In this document: piece after piece, positions 51,398-64,000 of the stretch | Layout of the letters: each line of letters begins with the position of its first letter | Numbering within the stretch: the first letter of the stretch is position 1 | Source: Lama guanicoe | Lineage: Eukaryota | Direction of reading: 5' to 3' | Assembly: GCA_013239625.1 (NCBI GenBank) | Contig: MU053881.1 | Span: forward strand, 5,975,957 to 6,039,956 | DNA: 64,000 bases | Notes under the pieces: model-generated | The model's database searches: none | What the model saw: only the letters and a program-made list of their open reading frames with translations | What the model was told of the DNA's origin: nothing | Position numbers and translations under genes: made by a program

Positions 51398-54000
51398 ACT
51401 TCAGTCTTCACTGCTTTTTGTACACAACATTAGGAATGCAGTAAAAATATTATGACACCTGAAACATATGTTGTATGTCAATTAACCTTAGTTTAAAAAA
51501 TTATGAGACAGCTAAAGAAGCAGGGTGATTAAAAAGTTAGTATGACAAAGAGAAAACATAATTAATAGAAACAAACCCATAACGGATAGTTATTGAAGCT
51601 GGCTGATAAGGATTTCAGAACAACTATTATAAATATGTTTAAAATTTTAGAGGTTAAAAAGGTGATGCAATTAGGTATTTCTGCCCAGAACTCTAAACTC
51701 TAAAAAAATAACAAAATGTAAGTTCTGGAACTAAAATATGTGAAATCAAAAATTAATTAGATGAAATTAACAGTAGATTAGCCATTGCAGAAAAAAAATC
51801 ATTGCACTTGAACACAGGTAAATTAAAGTTGTTCCAAGTGAAGTACAAAAAGAGAAAAATTGAATAAAAATAGACAAAAGATCAGTAATAATGATGTTTA
51901 ATAATGTGAAATACTATAAAGCAGTCTAAAATACATGGAGTTCAAGTCCCAGAAAAAAAGGAGAGAGAAAATGGGGCCTAAGAAATAGTTGAAGAATTAA
52001 TGACCAAAATTTTCTAGGTTTGATTTTTAAAAAAATCAACCCACAGATCCAAGAAGCCCAATAAGTCTCAAGCAAGATTTAAAATGTGAGACAAATGTCA
52101 AGATGATAGACTTAAACCTAATCATATAATCTTATTAAATGTAAATGTTCTAAACAGTCCCCAATTAAAGGGCAGAGATTTTCACATTGTATAAAAAAGA
52201 AAAAGAAAAAAAAAACTCAACTATATCTTGGCTACAGGAAATGCATTTTATATATAAAAACAAAAATAGATTGAAAGTAAAAAGATGAAAAAAGAGATAC
52301 CATAAAAAAAGGGATGACAAAAAGAGTTATCTCCAATCAAAAGAAAGTTGGAGTGGCTATGTAAATATTAGACAAAGTAGATTTCAGAGCAGGGATAAAG
52401 AAGCTCATTGTATTACGATAAAGAAGTCATTTCATCAAGACGTAACAACTCTAAATGTTTATGCACCTAACAAAACAGCTTCAAAACCCGTGAAGCAGAG
52501 CTAATACAATTGAACTACAAAGAGAAACAAACAAATCCATCACTATAATAAAATATTTCAACACTTTTCTCTCAAGAGTTGATAGAATATGTAGACAGAA
52601 AAATCAGTAAGGATATAGATGACTTGAATAACAGTATTAACCAACTTGACCTAATTGGCATTTATATAGCGCTCCACCCAAAAATAGCAGAATACACATT
52701 CTTTTCAAGGGCACAAAGAACGTTTACCAAGAAAGACCATATTTTGGGCCATAAAACAAGTCTAAATAAACTTTAAAGGATTCTAGTTATATAAAGTATG
52801 TTCTCCAACCACAATGAAATCAAATTATAAATTAATAACAGAAAGATCTCTGGAAAATCCACAAATATTTGAAACTAAATAACACACTTCTAAATAACTG
52901 AGGGGTCAAAGAAAAAAAATCAAAAGAGGAAATGGAAAGTATTTCATACTGAATGAAAGTGAAAAGACAACATACCCAAATTTGTGAGCTGCCACTAAGT
53001 CAGTACTTATACAGAAATTTATAGGACTAATTGCTTGTATTGGAAAAGAGTGAAATTCTCAAATTAATGACCTCAGCTTCTACCTTATGAAATTAGAAAA
53101 AAAGAGCAAATTAAACCCAAAGAAAACAAAGGAAAGGAAATAATAAAAATCAATGCAATAAAAACAGAAAAGCAAGAGAAAAATCAATGAAACCAAAAGC
53201 TGGCTTCTTGAAAATATCAATAAAATTTTAAAATTTCCAGCTCAACTGATCAGGAAAAAAGAAGAGATTATATAATTGCCAATAACAGAAAAAAGGAGAA
53301 GTGATGTCACTATGAATTACAGTCCTAAGACTATTAAAGAAAATGAATTTCAGTTAAAGATCATACCAAAAGCAAAACTCCAGGCTCCAGATGGCTTCAT
53401 TGGTAAATATTACCAAACATTTAAGGAAGGAATAATATTCGTTTACACAAACACTTCCAGAAAATTAAAGAGAATACTTTCCAATTTATTCTATGAGACC
53501 AGCAGTAACCTGATACCAAAATCAGACTAAGAAATAACAGTATAAGAAAACTATAGACCAATATCTGTCATACAAAAATTCTAAATAAGATTTTAGTATA
53601 TCAAAATCTTTAGTATATCAAAATCCAACCGTAGAAAGAAAGGATAATTCATCATGACGAAATGGGATTTAATCCTAGGCATACAGGTTGGTTTAATATT
53701 CAACAATCAATCAATGTCATTCACCATAGTAAAAACTAAAAAGAAAAATCATATGATCCTCTCAAGAGATGCAGAAAAATTATTTGACAAAAAAATCCAA
53801 CATTTACTTCCTGATTAACAAAAAAATACCATCAGCAAACTAGGACTGGAAAGGAATTCCTCAATCTCATAAAAAAGGTTTACCAAAAACCTACAGCTAA
53901 CATTATACTTAATTGGAAAACACTGAATATTTTCTTCCTAAGATCAAGCATAGAAGAATGTTGCTTTTCACCACTTCAATTTAGCATCGTACATGAGGCA
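51398..54000 (+). mobile_element. Old LINE-1 with ORF1 remnant and internally deleted, disrupted ORF2
   Basis: ORF 52579-52776 (KISKDIDDLN...LHPKIAEYTFFS...DHILGHKTSLNK) matches the L1 endonuclease C-terminus; ORF 53276-53530 contains PDGFIGKYYQTFKE; ctatagaccaatatct is YRPIS. Confidence 0.92.
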
Positions 54001-55286
54001 ATTTATGTCCTTTATTATATGTTAATTATATCTCTATAAGATCATTTTCATAGGTAGAGGTTGATTAGATTTTAAGTGATTTTAAACTATGTACTGTAAT
54101 CAAGCAATTCACTCTAAATATGAACAAACAGACAGGGCAAAATAAATACATATCAGACATAAGAACTGGGAGAGCTTCCTCTAGAGAGTCCCAAGGGATG
54201 AGTTTCTGACAAAATTATAATTATCTCAGAAGAAAAATTTGAAATGTGAGTAGAAATGGAAAACAAGGGAAAAGGTAACTAAGGGCTAAACCTAAACATA
54301 GATCTTTATGAAACAAACAAAATACATCTAGCTGAAGTTGGGGGGAAGATAAAACAAAACAAAGAAAATGATCAAAAGAACATTTTAGGAGAAGATCGTT
54401 GGAATTACAGCATTTGAAGATTTTTATAGTTCAGTAGAAAGGAAAAGATATTCATTCATTTTCTGTCTTATTTAGTTCAATATAACATGTTAAAATGTCT
54501 GGAGCAACCAATTGGAAAGTTAGAAACAAATTTCTAAATTACTCATTGATTTAAGAAGCAGTGCTATATTGAAACATCTAAATTGCACAAGTCAGCTACT
54601 ACTGAACTTTTCGGGAAATATATAGCCTCAAATGTTTACATTTAAAAAGAAGAAAAGTTCACCATTACTAAGCATTCAATGGCACAACTCCCACCAACAC
54701 AGAATTTAACAAGGAATAGAATAATAAGAAAAGAAATTACTGAAAAATATAACATATAATAAAACAGATCAGCAAGGACAAAAATGTTCTCTTTGAAAAA
54801 ACTAATAAAATAGGCCAAACTAGTTATATTAACCAAAAAAAGAAAGAAATGGCAGAATCAACAATATTAAGAATGAAAAAGAGACATAAACACAGCTGAT
54901 ATTAAACAGATAAATTGTGAAAACCTTTGCCCGCTTATCTGAAAACTTAGACAAAGGGACAGATTCCTACAACTCATTAAAACTGACTCAAGAAAAAAAC
55001 AGAAAATTTAAGTAACCTAATAACTATAAAAGAAATTAAATCAGTAGTTTAAAATTTTCCTACAAAGACAACTTAGGACCAAAAACCTTTACAAGACAAG
55101 ACATCTTCGTAAGTAGTCTATCACCAGATAATTCAGACTTAAACTTTTTTTCATAGACTAGGTGGGAGGGAACATTTTATGAACTTAACCTTTTCTTGAT
55201 TAGGAAGTCGGAATGATAGCACAGTGAAGGAACCCATCTCATTCTTGGATATAAATGCAAAACTCTAAACACAGTTTTGTCAAACA

Positions 55287-55580
55287 CATAGTATACAATC
55301 TTATGGTTACCCGGGAAAGGGGGTGGGAAGGGATAAATTTGAGAGTTTGAGATTTGCAAATGTTAACCACTATATATAAAAATAGATAAAAAACAAATTT
55401 CTTCTGTATAGCACAGGGACTTATAGTCAATATCTTTTAATAACTTTTAATGAAAGAGAATATGAAAATGAATATGTGTATATGTATGCATGCTGAGACA
55501 TTATGCTGTACACCAGAAACTGACACATTGTAAGTGACTATACTTCAATTTTTAAAAATTCCTTTAATGAAATGAAATAA
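55287..55580 (+). mobile_element. Young 5'-truncated L1 3' end (camelid/artiodactyl type)
   Basis: ttatggttacc...gggataaatttgagagtttgagatttgc...ctgtatagcacaggg...tgctgtacaccagaaactgacacattgtaa; perfect 14-bp TSD agttttgtcaaaca (55273-55286, 55581-55594). Confidence 0.9.
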
Positions 55581-57246
55581 AGTTTTGTCAAACAGATTCC
55601 AACAATGCCTATTTAAAAATCCAACTCCACTAAACTGGTCCTATGCTAAGAATGCAATTTAATTCAATATTAGCATGTTGTTTGTCATATAAGCATCATT
55701 TAAAGAGAAAAACCATCTGATCAATTCAACATTCATTCATAATAAAAATTCTTAGCAAACTAGGACTTGATAGGTATTTTCTTAACCTGATAAAGAATAC
55801 CATCAAACAATTTTACATCAAGTCATATTTAATGGTGAAAGCATTCCCTTTCAGAATAAGGCAAGGATGCCCACTATAACCACAATTATTCAGTATTATA
55901 CTGGATGTTCCAACCAGTGGATTAAGCCAAGAAGAAGAAAAAATTTAAGACTTTTAAAGAAACATATAAAAGTACCATTGTTCACAGGTGATGGGGTCAT
56001 CTGGGGAAAAGCCCAAATAGTATACAGATAAATTATAAAATAACAAGAGAAAGACTGCTGGATGCAAAGTCAGTATTCAACAAATGATTACATGTTTACA
56101 AAATGTAATCTATTTTTTTAAAACACAACTTACAAGTAACCAATAAGATAAACTTTTAAAAAGAAATTTCACAAGCTATGCAATCCTTTGGGGAAAAAAA
56201 TTGCAAAGCCACATTGAAAGACGTTAAGGAAGACCTAAGTAAATGTCTAGAAGTGTCATTTTCTTGGAGAAGAAGTTTCAATGTCATAAATACATCATTT
56301 CTGTCAAAACTGATCTACAGATTCAATGCATTTCCAAACAAAATATCAACAGAGTCTTTTATGGAGCTTAAAGGATGATTCTAATGTTTATACGGAAGAG
56401 TAAAGAGCCATGGATGGCCAAAAGACTCCTGAATAAGGAGGAGGAGCTGGGGGGAACCTGCCTTTTCAGAGATCAAGGTGTGTTATAAAACTCTGAGAAA
56501 GAAGAAAGTGTTACAGGTGCAGGAATAGACCAGAGAGAGACCAATATAAAAGAATAAAGAGCCCAGAAACAGACCCATGCGAATAAAGAGACTTGGTTTG
56601 TGCCAGAGTGGCACTGAAGATAAGTGATAAAAGACGGGCTTTAGTCCTGGGAGTACTGTCTATCCATATGGCAAAAGAGTGAAATTGGATTCCACCAGTT
56701 GGATTCTAGTCTTAACTGCAAAAGCCAATGCAAGAGAATACTATTAATGACTTCAGACAAAGGAAGCGTTCCTCAAAAAGATGCAAAAAGCCCAAATTAT
56801 TATAGATGAATCTATTTGACCATGCTAAAATTAAGAATGTCTGTTCACAAAATACCACAGAGTGAAGAGACGAACCATAAACTGAATATATTTGCAACAC
56901 ATCTAACTGATGAAGGATTAATATCCAGACTATATAAAGAGCAATGATGAATCAATAAGGGGAAGCCAAGCCATACAATAGGAAATGGATAAAAGTCACA
57001 ACCTCTTCAGAGAAGAGGAAACATCAGTGGCTTATAAAGTACAAAAATATGCCCAACCTCATTAATCTTGGAAATGCCAATTACATTCATGATGAGATAG
57101 CATTATACACCCATCAGAGCATAAGAATACCAAATGTTGGTGAGAATGTAGAGTCTTGAAAATTTCCATAAACTACTGGTGGGTTGTACTTTTCACATAT
57201 AAATGGTATCATCATAAAACACTAACAGTGTTAATAATTAATGAAC

Positions 57247-57345
57247 CTTGAAGGTGGGGATTTAGCTCAGTAGTAGAATGTGAGCTTAGCACACACGAGG
57301 TCCTGGGTTCAATCCCCAGAACCTCCATTAAAATAATAATAATAA
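57247..57345 (+). mobile_element. Young tRNA-derived SINE, Vic-1-like
   Basis: tagctcagtagtaga (A box), gggttcaatcccc (B box), (AAT)n tail; 15-bp TSD taataattaatgaac (57232-57246, 57346-57360). Confidence 0.88.
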
Positions 57346-57789
57346 TAATAATTAATGAACTACAGCTTCTACACTTGAACATGGATGCCTCTCAAAATTA
57401 TAAAAATGGAAGAAGAAAGTCACAGAAAAATACACACAATGTAATGTAATTTCACTGATGTGAAATTTAAAACCAGACAAAACTAATCAAGGTATTGTTT
57501 AGAAATATGTGCGTATGTGGTAAGGCAACAAAGTAGAGAAAATAAATGATTAGCACAAAATTCAGGGGAATAGTTTCCGGGAGTGTGGGTGGGAGGGTTG
57601 GTAGGTGGATGCAAAGGGAGAAGAAACCACAGGGAGCTTTGAAGCTACTGGAAATGTTCTGTTTCTTAGGCTGAGTTATTATTCTTTGTATCGGATTTAT
57701 CTGTCATCTATAATCTTCTCTGTGTCACATATTTTATAATATATTTTAAATAAAATAATTTTTAAAAGACTGTGGTTTATTATTAATAA

Positions 57790-58745
57790 ACAAAGAGTTC
57801 TTATAAAGTAATAAAAGATCAACAATATAATAGAAAAGATGAACAAAGGACTTTAACTGGTCATGAAAAAATAAAAAGAATGACTTTAAACATATAAAAC
57901 GGTGCTCAACTTTACTCATAATAAAAAGAATGCAAATTAAGTCACAACAAGAAACAAATTTTCTCCCAATTTATTCTCTCTCTTTCCCTCTATAGACATA
58001 GGTAGGTATATGGATATTGACAAGAAATATGTGCAGGAAATAGGCACTTTTACACAAGGTCAATGAGAATATAAATTGGTACAAGGTCTTAGAAGGACAA
58101 TTTGGTAAAAGCTATCAAAATTTAAAATACACATGTAGCAGCTTATTCTACAGACATAATCACTCATCTGTGCAAAGAAGCAGGCAAGATATTTAATCTC
58201 TCTGTGCCTTGATTTCCTCATTCATAAAATGATAATAATAACACCTGCCACCAGGATTTATTTTGAAGGTTAAATGACTTAACACAGGAAAACATATTAT
58301 ATGAAACATATATGAAACAGTGTCCAGCATGTGTTGAGCCCAAAGAATGTTAACCACTATTGTTATTATTATCATGATAACAGTATTGGCTGCATTATTG
58401 GTAGACATCAAAAGTAGAAACCCCCTAAATGTTCCTCAGCTGTGGGCTGATGGAGTAAATTATAATGCATCCATACAATGGAATATTATGCAGCTGTTAA
58501 AACGAATAAGGTAGATGTATGCAAAACCATCTTAAAGATAGTGTTAGGTGAAAAAAGCATAGTATTGAAACATCTACATGACATGGTATTTGTGTCAAAG
58601 ACACACTCACCAACATATACGCTTATATGCTGGTAAGTGGTGGCTTCTGGGTAGGTAGACTGAGGACTAGGGGTCAGAGATGAGAGTGAGATTCCTTTGA
58701 AGGACAGACGTTTTGTGCTGTTTGCACTTCTTACCCTGTGTATTA
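57790..58745 (+). mobile_element. Old L1ME 3' fragment with nested MIR (about 58186-58372)
   Basis: tgctcaactttactcataataaaaagaatgcaaattaa; catccatacaatggaatattatgcagctgttaaaa; MIR core ctctctgtgccttgatttcctcattcataaaatg. Confidence 0.75.
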
Positions 58746-61019
58746 GATGTATGCACAAAGGAGAAGAGAGGAGGGACGGGGAGGACTTCAGGGGAATCAG
58801 GACTGGTGTCATGCAGGGGAGAGTGGAAGCAGGAGGAGGGGAGGAGGGAAAGAAGGAGGAGGGGGAAACAGGAGGAGAGAGGGAGAGAAAGAGAAGGGGA
58901 CAAAGAAGGGGAGGAGTACCTCTTACCCGAGGTTCTGAGTCCATGCTCTAGTCCAAGCCACCGACTGGCTATGACATGATCTCCTAATATTCTACCTGCC
59001 TGGGGGGATGGGCGTGCTGGTCAGGCCACTCTGAGCATCCAGCCTGAGTGACAGTGCTGGTTCTCACTATCCTTTCTCTTATGCATCAGCCCCAGGGGCT
59101 CTGTCAACATAAGTCCATCCTGCGACACAGATCTGTCTGCTCTCAGTGTGGAGACAAAATCAGGATTCTGCAACGCTGCAGGACACTCCCTGGGCAGTGA
59201 GATGAACTTGGACAGCGGCATTGAGATGAGTGTCCCCAGTGGAGGTGGGGCCAGTGGGGGGCGAGTGGTGACATGTGGGCCCTCAGTTTCTACCCGCAGA
59301 CTTGGGGACACTCCCCTACACCTTGCGTGTGGCCAACACACATCTTCACTGACCTCCCTCTGGGGCTCCCTGGCAACAGGGCCTGGGGAGATGTGATCCA
59401 CTGCCTGCTTCCTTCTCTCCAGCCTTCGTCATCCTACTGACTTCCCCATGTCTCAGTCTCTCATCCCATAGCCCCGCAGATTCTTTCATACAGTGATCAC
59501 AGGGGACCAATCTTCTCTACGTGGACCAGCAAAGTAATGACAGTACCCACCATTTACGGAGTGCTTGCTAAGTGTCAAAGCCTGCAGTCCATCTCCACAC
59601 CCTACCATGGTTAATCCTCCCAGCAACCTTATGGGCCAGCTGAGACTCAGCAGGGTCAAATGACTAACCTGAGGTCACAGCTAGGAAGCCGTGGATTCCG
59701 GATTTAAACGTACATCTGTGTGTCTCCAGAGTTCATGCTCTTAAACCCTGGGATGGTGTGCTTCCCCCGGGCTCCACCCAGGTGGCCGGCGGTGGGAAAG
59801 CCCAATGGTTGTCACCATCTGTGATGAGTGAGGATGGGAGAGTATGGAATTTTAGTGCTGGCTTCTCTTATCAGAAATATCTTTCCTGGAAAAAAAAATT
59901 GTCTCTGTCCTAAGATGTGCCTTTTGGCTTTTTACTCTCTCACCAGGGCTAAAGTGCAGCATATTTTTCCCAGGGTGGCCTGGGATGGGTGGAACTCAGA
60001 TGGAAGCAACTTCCCGTCTTTGTGAAGCCAAGCCTCATCACCGATACCTCCCCACCCGTTCCTGCAGCATCCTTCAGAGTGGAGGCTGGGGCTAGACTTC
60101 TCCAGCCCTAACTGTGATCTCTCCGGGGCCAAGTATGAAGAGGACTGGGCCATATTGGAAATATATACTTTCTTCAGTGTAAGGAATTTGCCCACCTCCT
60201 CCCTGTGAGCTGTGCAATCAAAGGCATGTGTGTCTCTGCATGCAAGGATGGTTTTGAATGCCTCCTCCATTAACTGCCTCCCATTCTTCTGGGCCTTGAA
60301 GTGTAGAAAATTCCTTTGGGGGTACCTGGTTTGCTTTAAGATCTTAGGTGGGGCCTCAGACAGCTCTGGATCCTCTTTTTCTGTTGCGGGGTAAGAGGGG
60401 CAAGGATTAGCAGGAGGGGGTGGTGGTCAATGTCAAATCTTAATTTTTCTCAACAGAAATGATCTAGAAGGCCATAAAGCAGACTATTCAGAGAGCTGAG
60501 GCAGATGGGAGCTGCCTGGGTGAAGGTGACAAGGAGAAGGAAACGGAATTCAGCCAGAGACTGAGCTAAAAGAAAGAGAAGTGAACAGACCTGGATGAGG
60601 GGGGATCAGCCAGCCCCCAGTGGAAGCAGCCCTCCCAACTTTGACTCCTTCCTTTGTTGGGAAGGGAGGTGGGTGGGAAAGACAGCCCCAGGGAGGGACT
60701 TCAGGGCTGTGTTGTGGCCTCACCCCACCTCTCCCCATTGCACGTCCACTTCTGGGCAGATGTCACAGGTCATCAGACGTCGCCTCTGCACTAAGTCCCC
60801 CTTACTTGTCAGCCTGGTGGAGAGGTGAGGGGTGCAGTGCTCGAACCCTACTTAGCTGTGTAACTTACATTCTCAGTTACTCCATCTCTCAAGGAGAAGC
60901 AAAGATACCTCCCTGAGACCTGTGGTTTGGGGCTGAGCAGGGTGCCTGGCTGAAGCAAAGACTCAATAAGCAGCTTTTACTATTGTTATTATTATTACTA
61001 TTTTTTCCTAATGCCTAAT

Positions 61020-61230
61020 AGTAATTGTTATCATTTAAAGAGCTCTGACTGTCTGTCAGGCACCGTGTTAAACGTTCTGCACAGATTCTCACTTAATCCT
61101 CACCACCCTAGGAAGAAGGTACTACTATTACCCCTGGTTTCCAAATGAAAAACCCAACCTTGGGAAGGTCACGTAGCTAATAATGGCAGGGCTGGGATTT
61201 GATCCCAGACAGATATCCAAGCTTTTAATC
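61020..61230 (-). mobile_element. MIR SINE
   Basis: tgtcaggcaccgtgttaa...ttaatcctcac...aggtcacgtagctaataatggcagggctgggatttga. Confidence 0.75.
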
Positions 61231-61249
61231 TCCATCTTGCTATTCTTGT

Positions 61250-61650
61250 CACCCAACATCCGTTCTCCCATCTCCTAACAAATGTACAACAATTTTTCTC
61301 TAAAGAACTACGCTGTTGCCCATGCTCATCCACATGGTTAATATGGGATTTCATCCTTACTCCACAAATGGGCACGTGATGCAGGCTTAGCCAATTGCAT
61401 TCCCCTGACCATGGTAATTGATTCAGGGGTGAATAGATGACTCAGCCAGGATCAGTGAGTTGCAAGAAGACCTTTGCAATAAGATTTTTCTATGGTGGAA
61501 CCAAGAAATAGAGAAAAAGAAATGGGAGCTTGATGATCTTTTCTTGATACTCTGGATCAAGCCATGCCTGAAGCCCTAACTGCTTTAGTTTACATGAACC
61601 AATAAACTCTCTTTAAGCCAATCTGAGTTGGGCATCTAACGTTTAAATAG
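61250..61650 (+). mobile_element. Old MaLR LTR (MLT1J-like)
   Basis: ctctggatcaagccatgcctgaagcc...gtttacatgaaccaataaa...taagccaatctgagttggg. Confidence 0.7.
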
Positions 61651-62589
61651 AGATGGCCCAAACTTTTACACTGAATGCTGCTCACAAATGTTTGAGGAAA
61701 GACACTGCATGAGGATAAAGTATTCTCAAAATGCCTTACCAGTTTATAGTATTTATCATTCAAAGACAGATAATTCCTCCACAAGGGGCCTTTCTGTCTT
61801 CTCCTCTCCTAACTGGAGAACACAGAAAAGAACCCTGTCCAGCTGAGGAATAAGACTTCTCACTCTACTCCCAGCCCTACAAAGGGGTAAGGGGGAAGAG
61901 ATTCCCTCATGAGAGTGCGCCGGAATGGTAACTGGTCCAGGAGATGTAAGGGTCTCAGTTTAAAGCGATAACAAAGCCAAAATTATTCTGAACGAATGCA
62001 TTTTTAAAAATCAAATCCAGAGCAAGAAGGATCCCAAGTATAAAAAAGAGTAACTTCCATTCTATCACTTAAAAATCATCAAAGCACAAATGTTTTAATC
62101 ATTTTTGCTGAATTCCTTTACGACTAAACAACACAGATATTGTGATAAATAAAATTGTTAAAAAGAAAAAAAAGGAAAGGAAAGCATTTCAGTGATCTTT
62201 TCAGCTGCCAAATTCAGAATATGGAAATTGTTTCCTTCTTCACTTGAGACCACACCACTCTTTTTTTTGCTCCTGGAGTTAAGAAAACATTCTCACTTTT
62301 AGTCCCCGGTTACCCCTGTAGCAGCCTCTGCCCACGGGCCCCACCCCACACTCATTGTTACCCTGGGAGCCTCCCGGCCATAAATCCTCCCTTCAGCACG
62401 AGTGGCCTACGGCTCGTGGGGGCTCCCTGGACTCCCCAAGCCAGCCCTGGCCAACTCCTCTGCACAGTGAGCCTCCAGCCCAGGGTCCAGATTCAGGGAG
62501 GAACAGCTTAGCAGAGAGAGAATCTGAGTCCCCAGGGCCGGCAGAGCACAGCTGGCAGAGGGTGGAGGCAAATAACGTAACTCAGGGTT

Positions 62590-62775
62590 TTTTGTTTTTC
62601 GTTTTGTTTTTTTTTTTTTTTCATTTTAATTGAAATGTAATTCCCATACCATAAAATTCACCCTATTAAAAGTGTGCAGTTCAGTGGTTTTGCAAGGTTG
62701 TGCAACCATCACCACTATCTAACTCCAGAACATTTCCATCATCCCCAAAAGAAACCTCATACTCACTAACAGGTC
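62590..62775 (-). mobile_element. L1MB-type 3' end with poly-T tail
   Basis: ttttaattgaaatgtaattcccataccataaaattcaccc...gttgtgcaaccatcaccactatctaactccagaacattt. Confidence 0.85.
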
Positions 62776-63116
62776 AGCCCTAAAGGAGAAAACGCCACTT
62801 GCCCATTTCTAGCTTTGGAGTTTTCCCCCCTTCCCCTCGATGGGAAGGGTATGTCCTTCTCTCACTCATTAGATGGAGAACACACAGAAACAGATTGCTA
62901 ATTATTCCCTTTTCCTTGGACCTTGATGTTTAAACACAAGAAAAAGAGGCCCAAAGAGGAAAGACTTTCTAAGGACCCAAGAAATATCTATGATACACGA
63001 CAGTCACTCCCTCCCTCGTGGCATTGTAACTGGGAATGGCTTTTTGCTTTTCAACTGTTAGTCGAGGACTAAGGTGAAGCAAGCAAGGTGCCCAGGGTGA
63101 AAATGTAAGTTCTGAC

Positions 63117-63247
63117 TTTTTTTTCATTCTTATTTTTTGTTGGAGTGTAGTTGATTTACAATGTTAGTTTCAGGTGTATAGCAAAGCAATTCAGTTATAC
63201 ATACACATACATATATTTTTTTTTTCAGATCCTTTTTCATTACAAGC
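63117..63247 (-). mobile_element. Short L1 3' end (laurasiatherian/artiodactyl type)
   Basis: ttggagtgtagttgatttacaatgttagtttcaggtgtatagcaaagcaattcagttatacata. Confidence 0.8.
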
Positions 63248-64000
63248 TGGCTGACTTTTATTCCTAACTGTATAAACCCTGGAGATCTTGGGCAATTCAA
63301 GGGGAAGGAGATGTTCAAGAGGTAGACCTTGGGCTTCCTGCCCATCTATCATTTGAAGACTCAAATTGGTTTTAATTTGAGTTTAAAAAAAATAAAGGAC
63401 AGATCCCAAGTTTGTGAACCCAGTTATAATGATCACTCCAGGGAAATGTGAATTGTCTTCTGTGACCCACAATATAAACTCCGGGTGTTTTGATGGGGAG
63501 CTGGGTAGAATCTAGGACAGAGGGCAGGGATTTAATGATACGGTATGACATTAACAGAGAATGGGTTTACATTTCCTAATTAAATGTGCTTTGATTACCG
63601 TAACTCAACTTCACAAATTCATTGCACTTTCCTCTGATGGCCACATAAAGCTGATTTTCCTTCTTTCCTGACTCCATTTCTTCATTCACCGAACATTTAC
63701 TGAATGCCTTCTACGATCCAGGCAGAGTGACAGAAGTGGACATACAAAGAAGAATGATATTTTTTTGTTTTGTTTTCAAAAAGGTCAGTCTTAGAGGTTC
63801 TTAAAGAAGACAGTCTTAGAAAGAAGACAGTCTTTGAAGCAGACCTTTGCAGTTCAGGTCCGTGATAGACGTGTGTGCTGGGATGGGTGAATGTCAGGAG
63901 GTTCATCTCAGCACGATGGTCATAAAAACCTTGAAATGATTTAAATGTCTAAAAATAGGGAAATGGTTGGGGATAACGTAAATGTAGGGGAAAGATTAAA

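Larger units (their letters stand above)
54560..57765 (+). mobile_element. Second degenerate LINE-1 (ORF2 RT/C-terminal region plus 3' UTR)
   Basis: ORF 56178-56378 contains KLIYRFNAFPNKI (L1 LIYRFNAIPIKI); ggcaaggatgcccacta (QGCPL); gagcccagaaacagaccca; hosts two young insertions. Confidence 0.88.

Noticed and set aside
52579..53530. Endonuclease/RT-like ORFs as an active or domesticated gene
   Set aside because: Short fragments of a frameshifted, stop-ridden, internally deleted L1 ORF2.
59148..59396. 82-aa ORF containing DSGIEMS (degron-like) and a REST right half-site (GGACAGCG)
   Set aside because: GTG start, no convincing exon boundaries or family match; REST left half absent.

Overview
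Mammalian genomic DNA, almost certainly camelid (alpaca/llama/camel). Two short tRNA-derived SINEs resemble the camelid Vic-1 family and one young L1 3' end resembles the camelid/artiodactyl type. The window is intergenic or deep intronic. I could not support any cellular protein-coding exon, rRNA, functional tRNA or CRISPR array. The ORF track is explained by GC-rich chance ORFs, simple repeats and decayed LINE-1 ORF2. The sequence is a mosaic of ancient repeats (MIR, L2, L1M, MaLR MLT1 and ERVL LTR16 solo LTRs, hAT-Charlie MER5A and MER33/Charlie1), a few young insertions with intact target-site duplications, and micro/minisatellites. Several unique-looking islands carry clustered HOX/PBX/MEIS, SOX, TCF, FOX and RFX motifs, as expected near a developmental regulator, but I cannot name the locus. 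I found no convincing new biological system. The best leads are a 1-kb CpG-retaining island at 42.55-43.55 kb with facing splice acceptors, a candidate RBFOX/TDP-43-regulated exon near position 995, a fold-back inverted duplication at the 5' edge of an old L1, and nested LTRs inside a higher-order minisatellite. Repeat family names come from remembered consensus resemblance, not a database search, and most boundaries are approximate.
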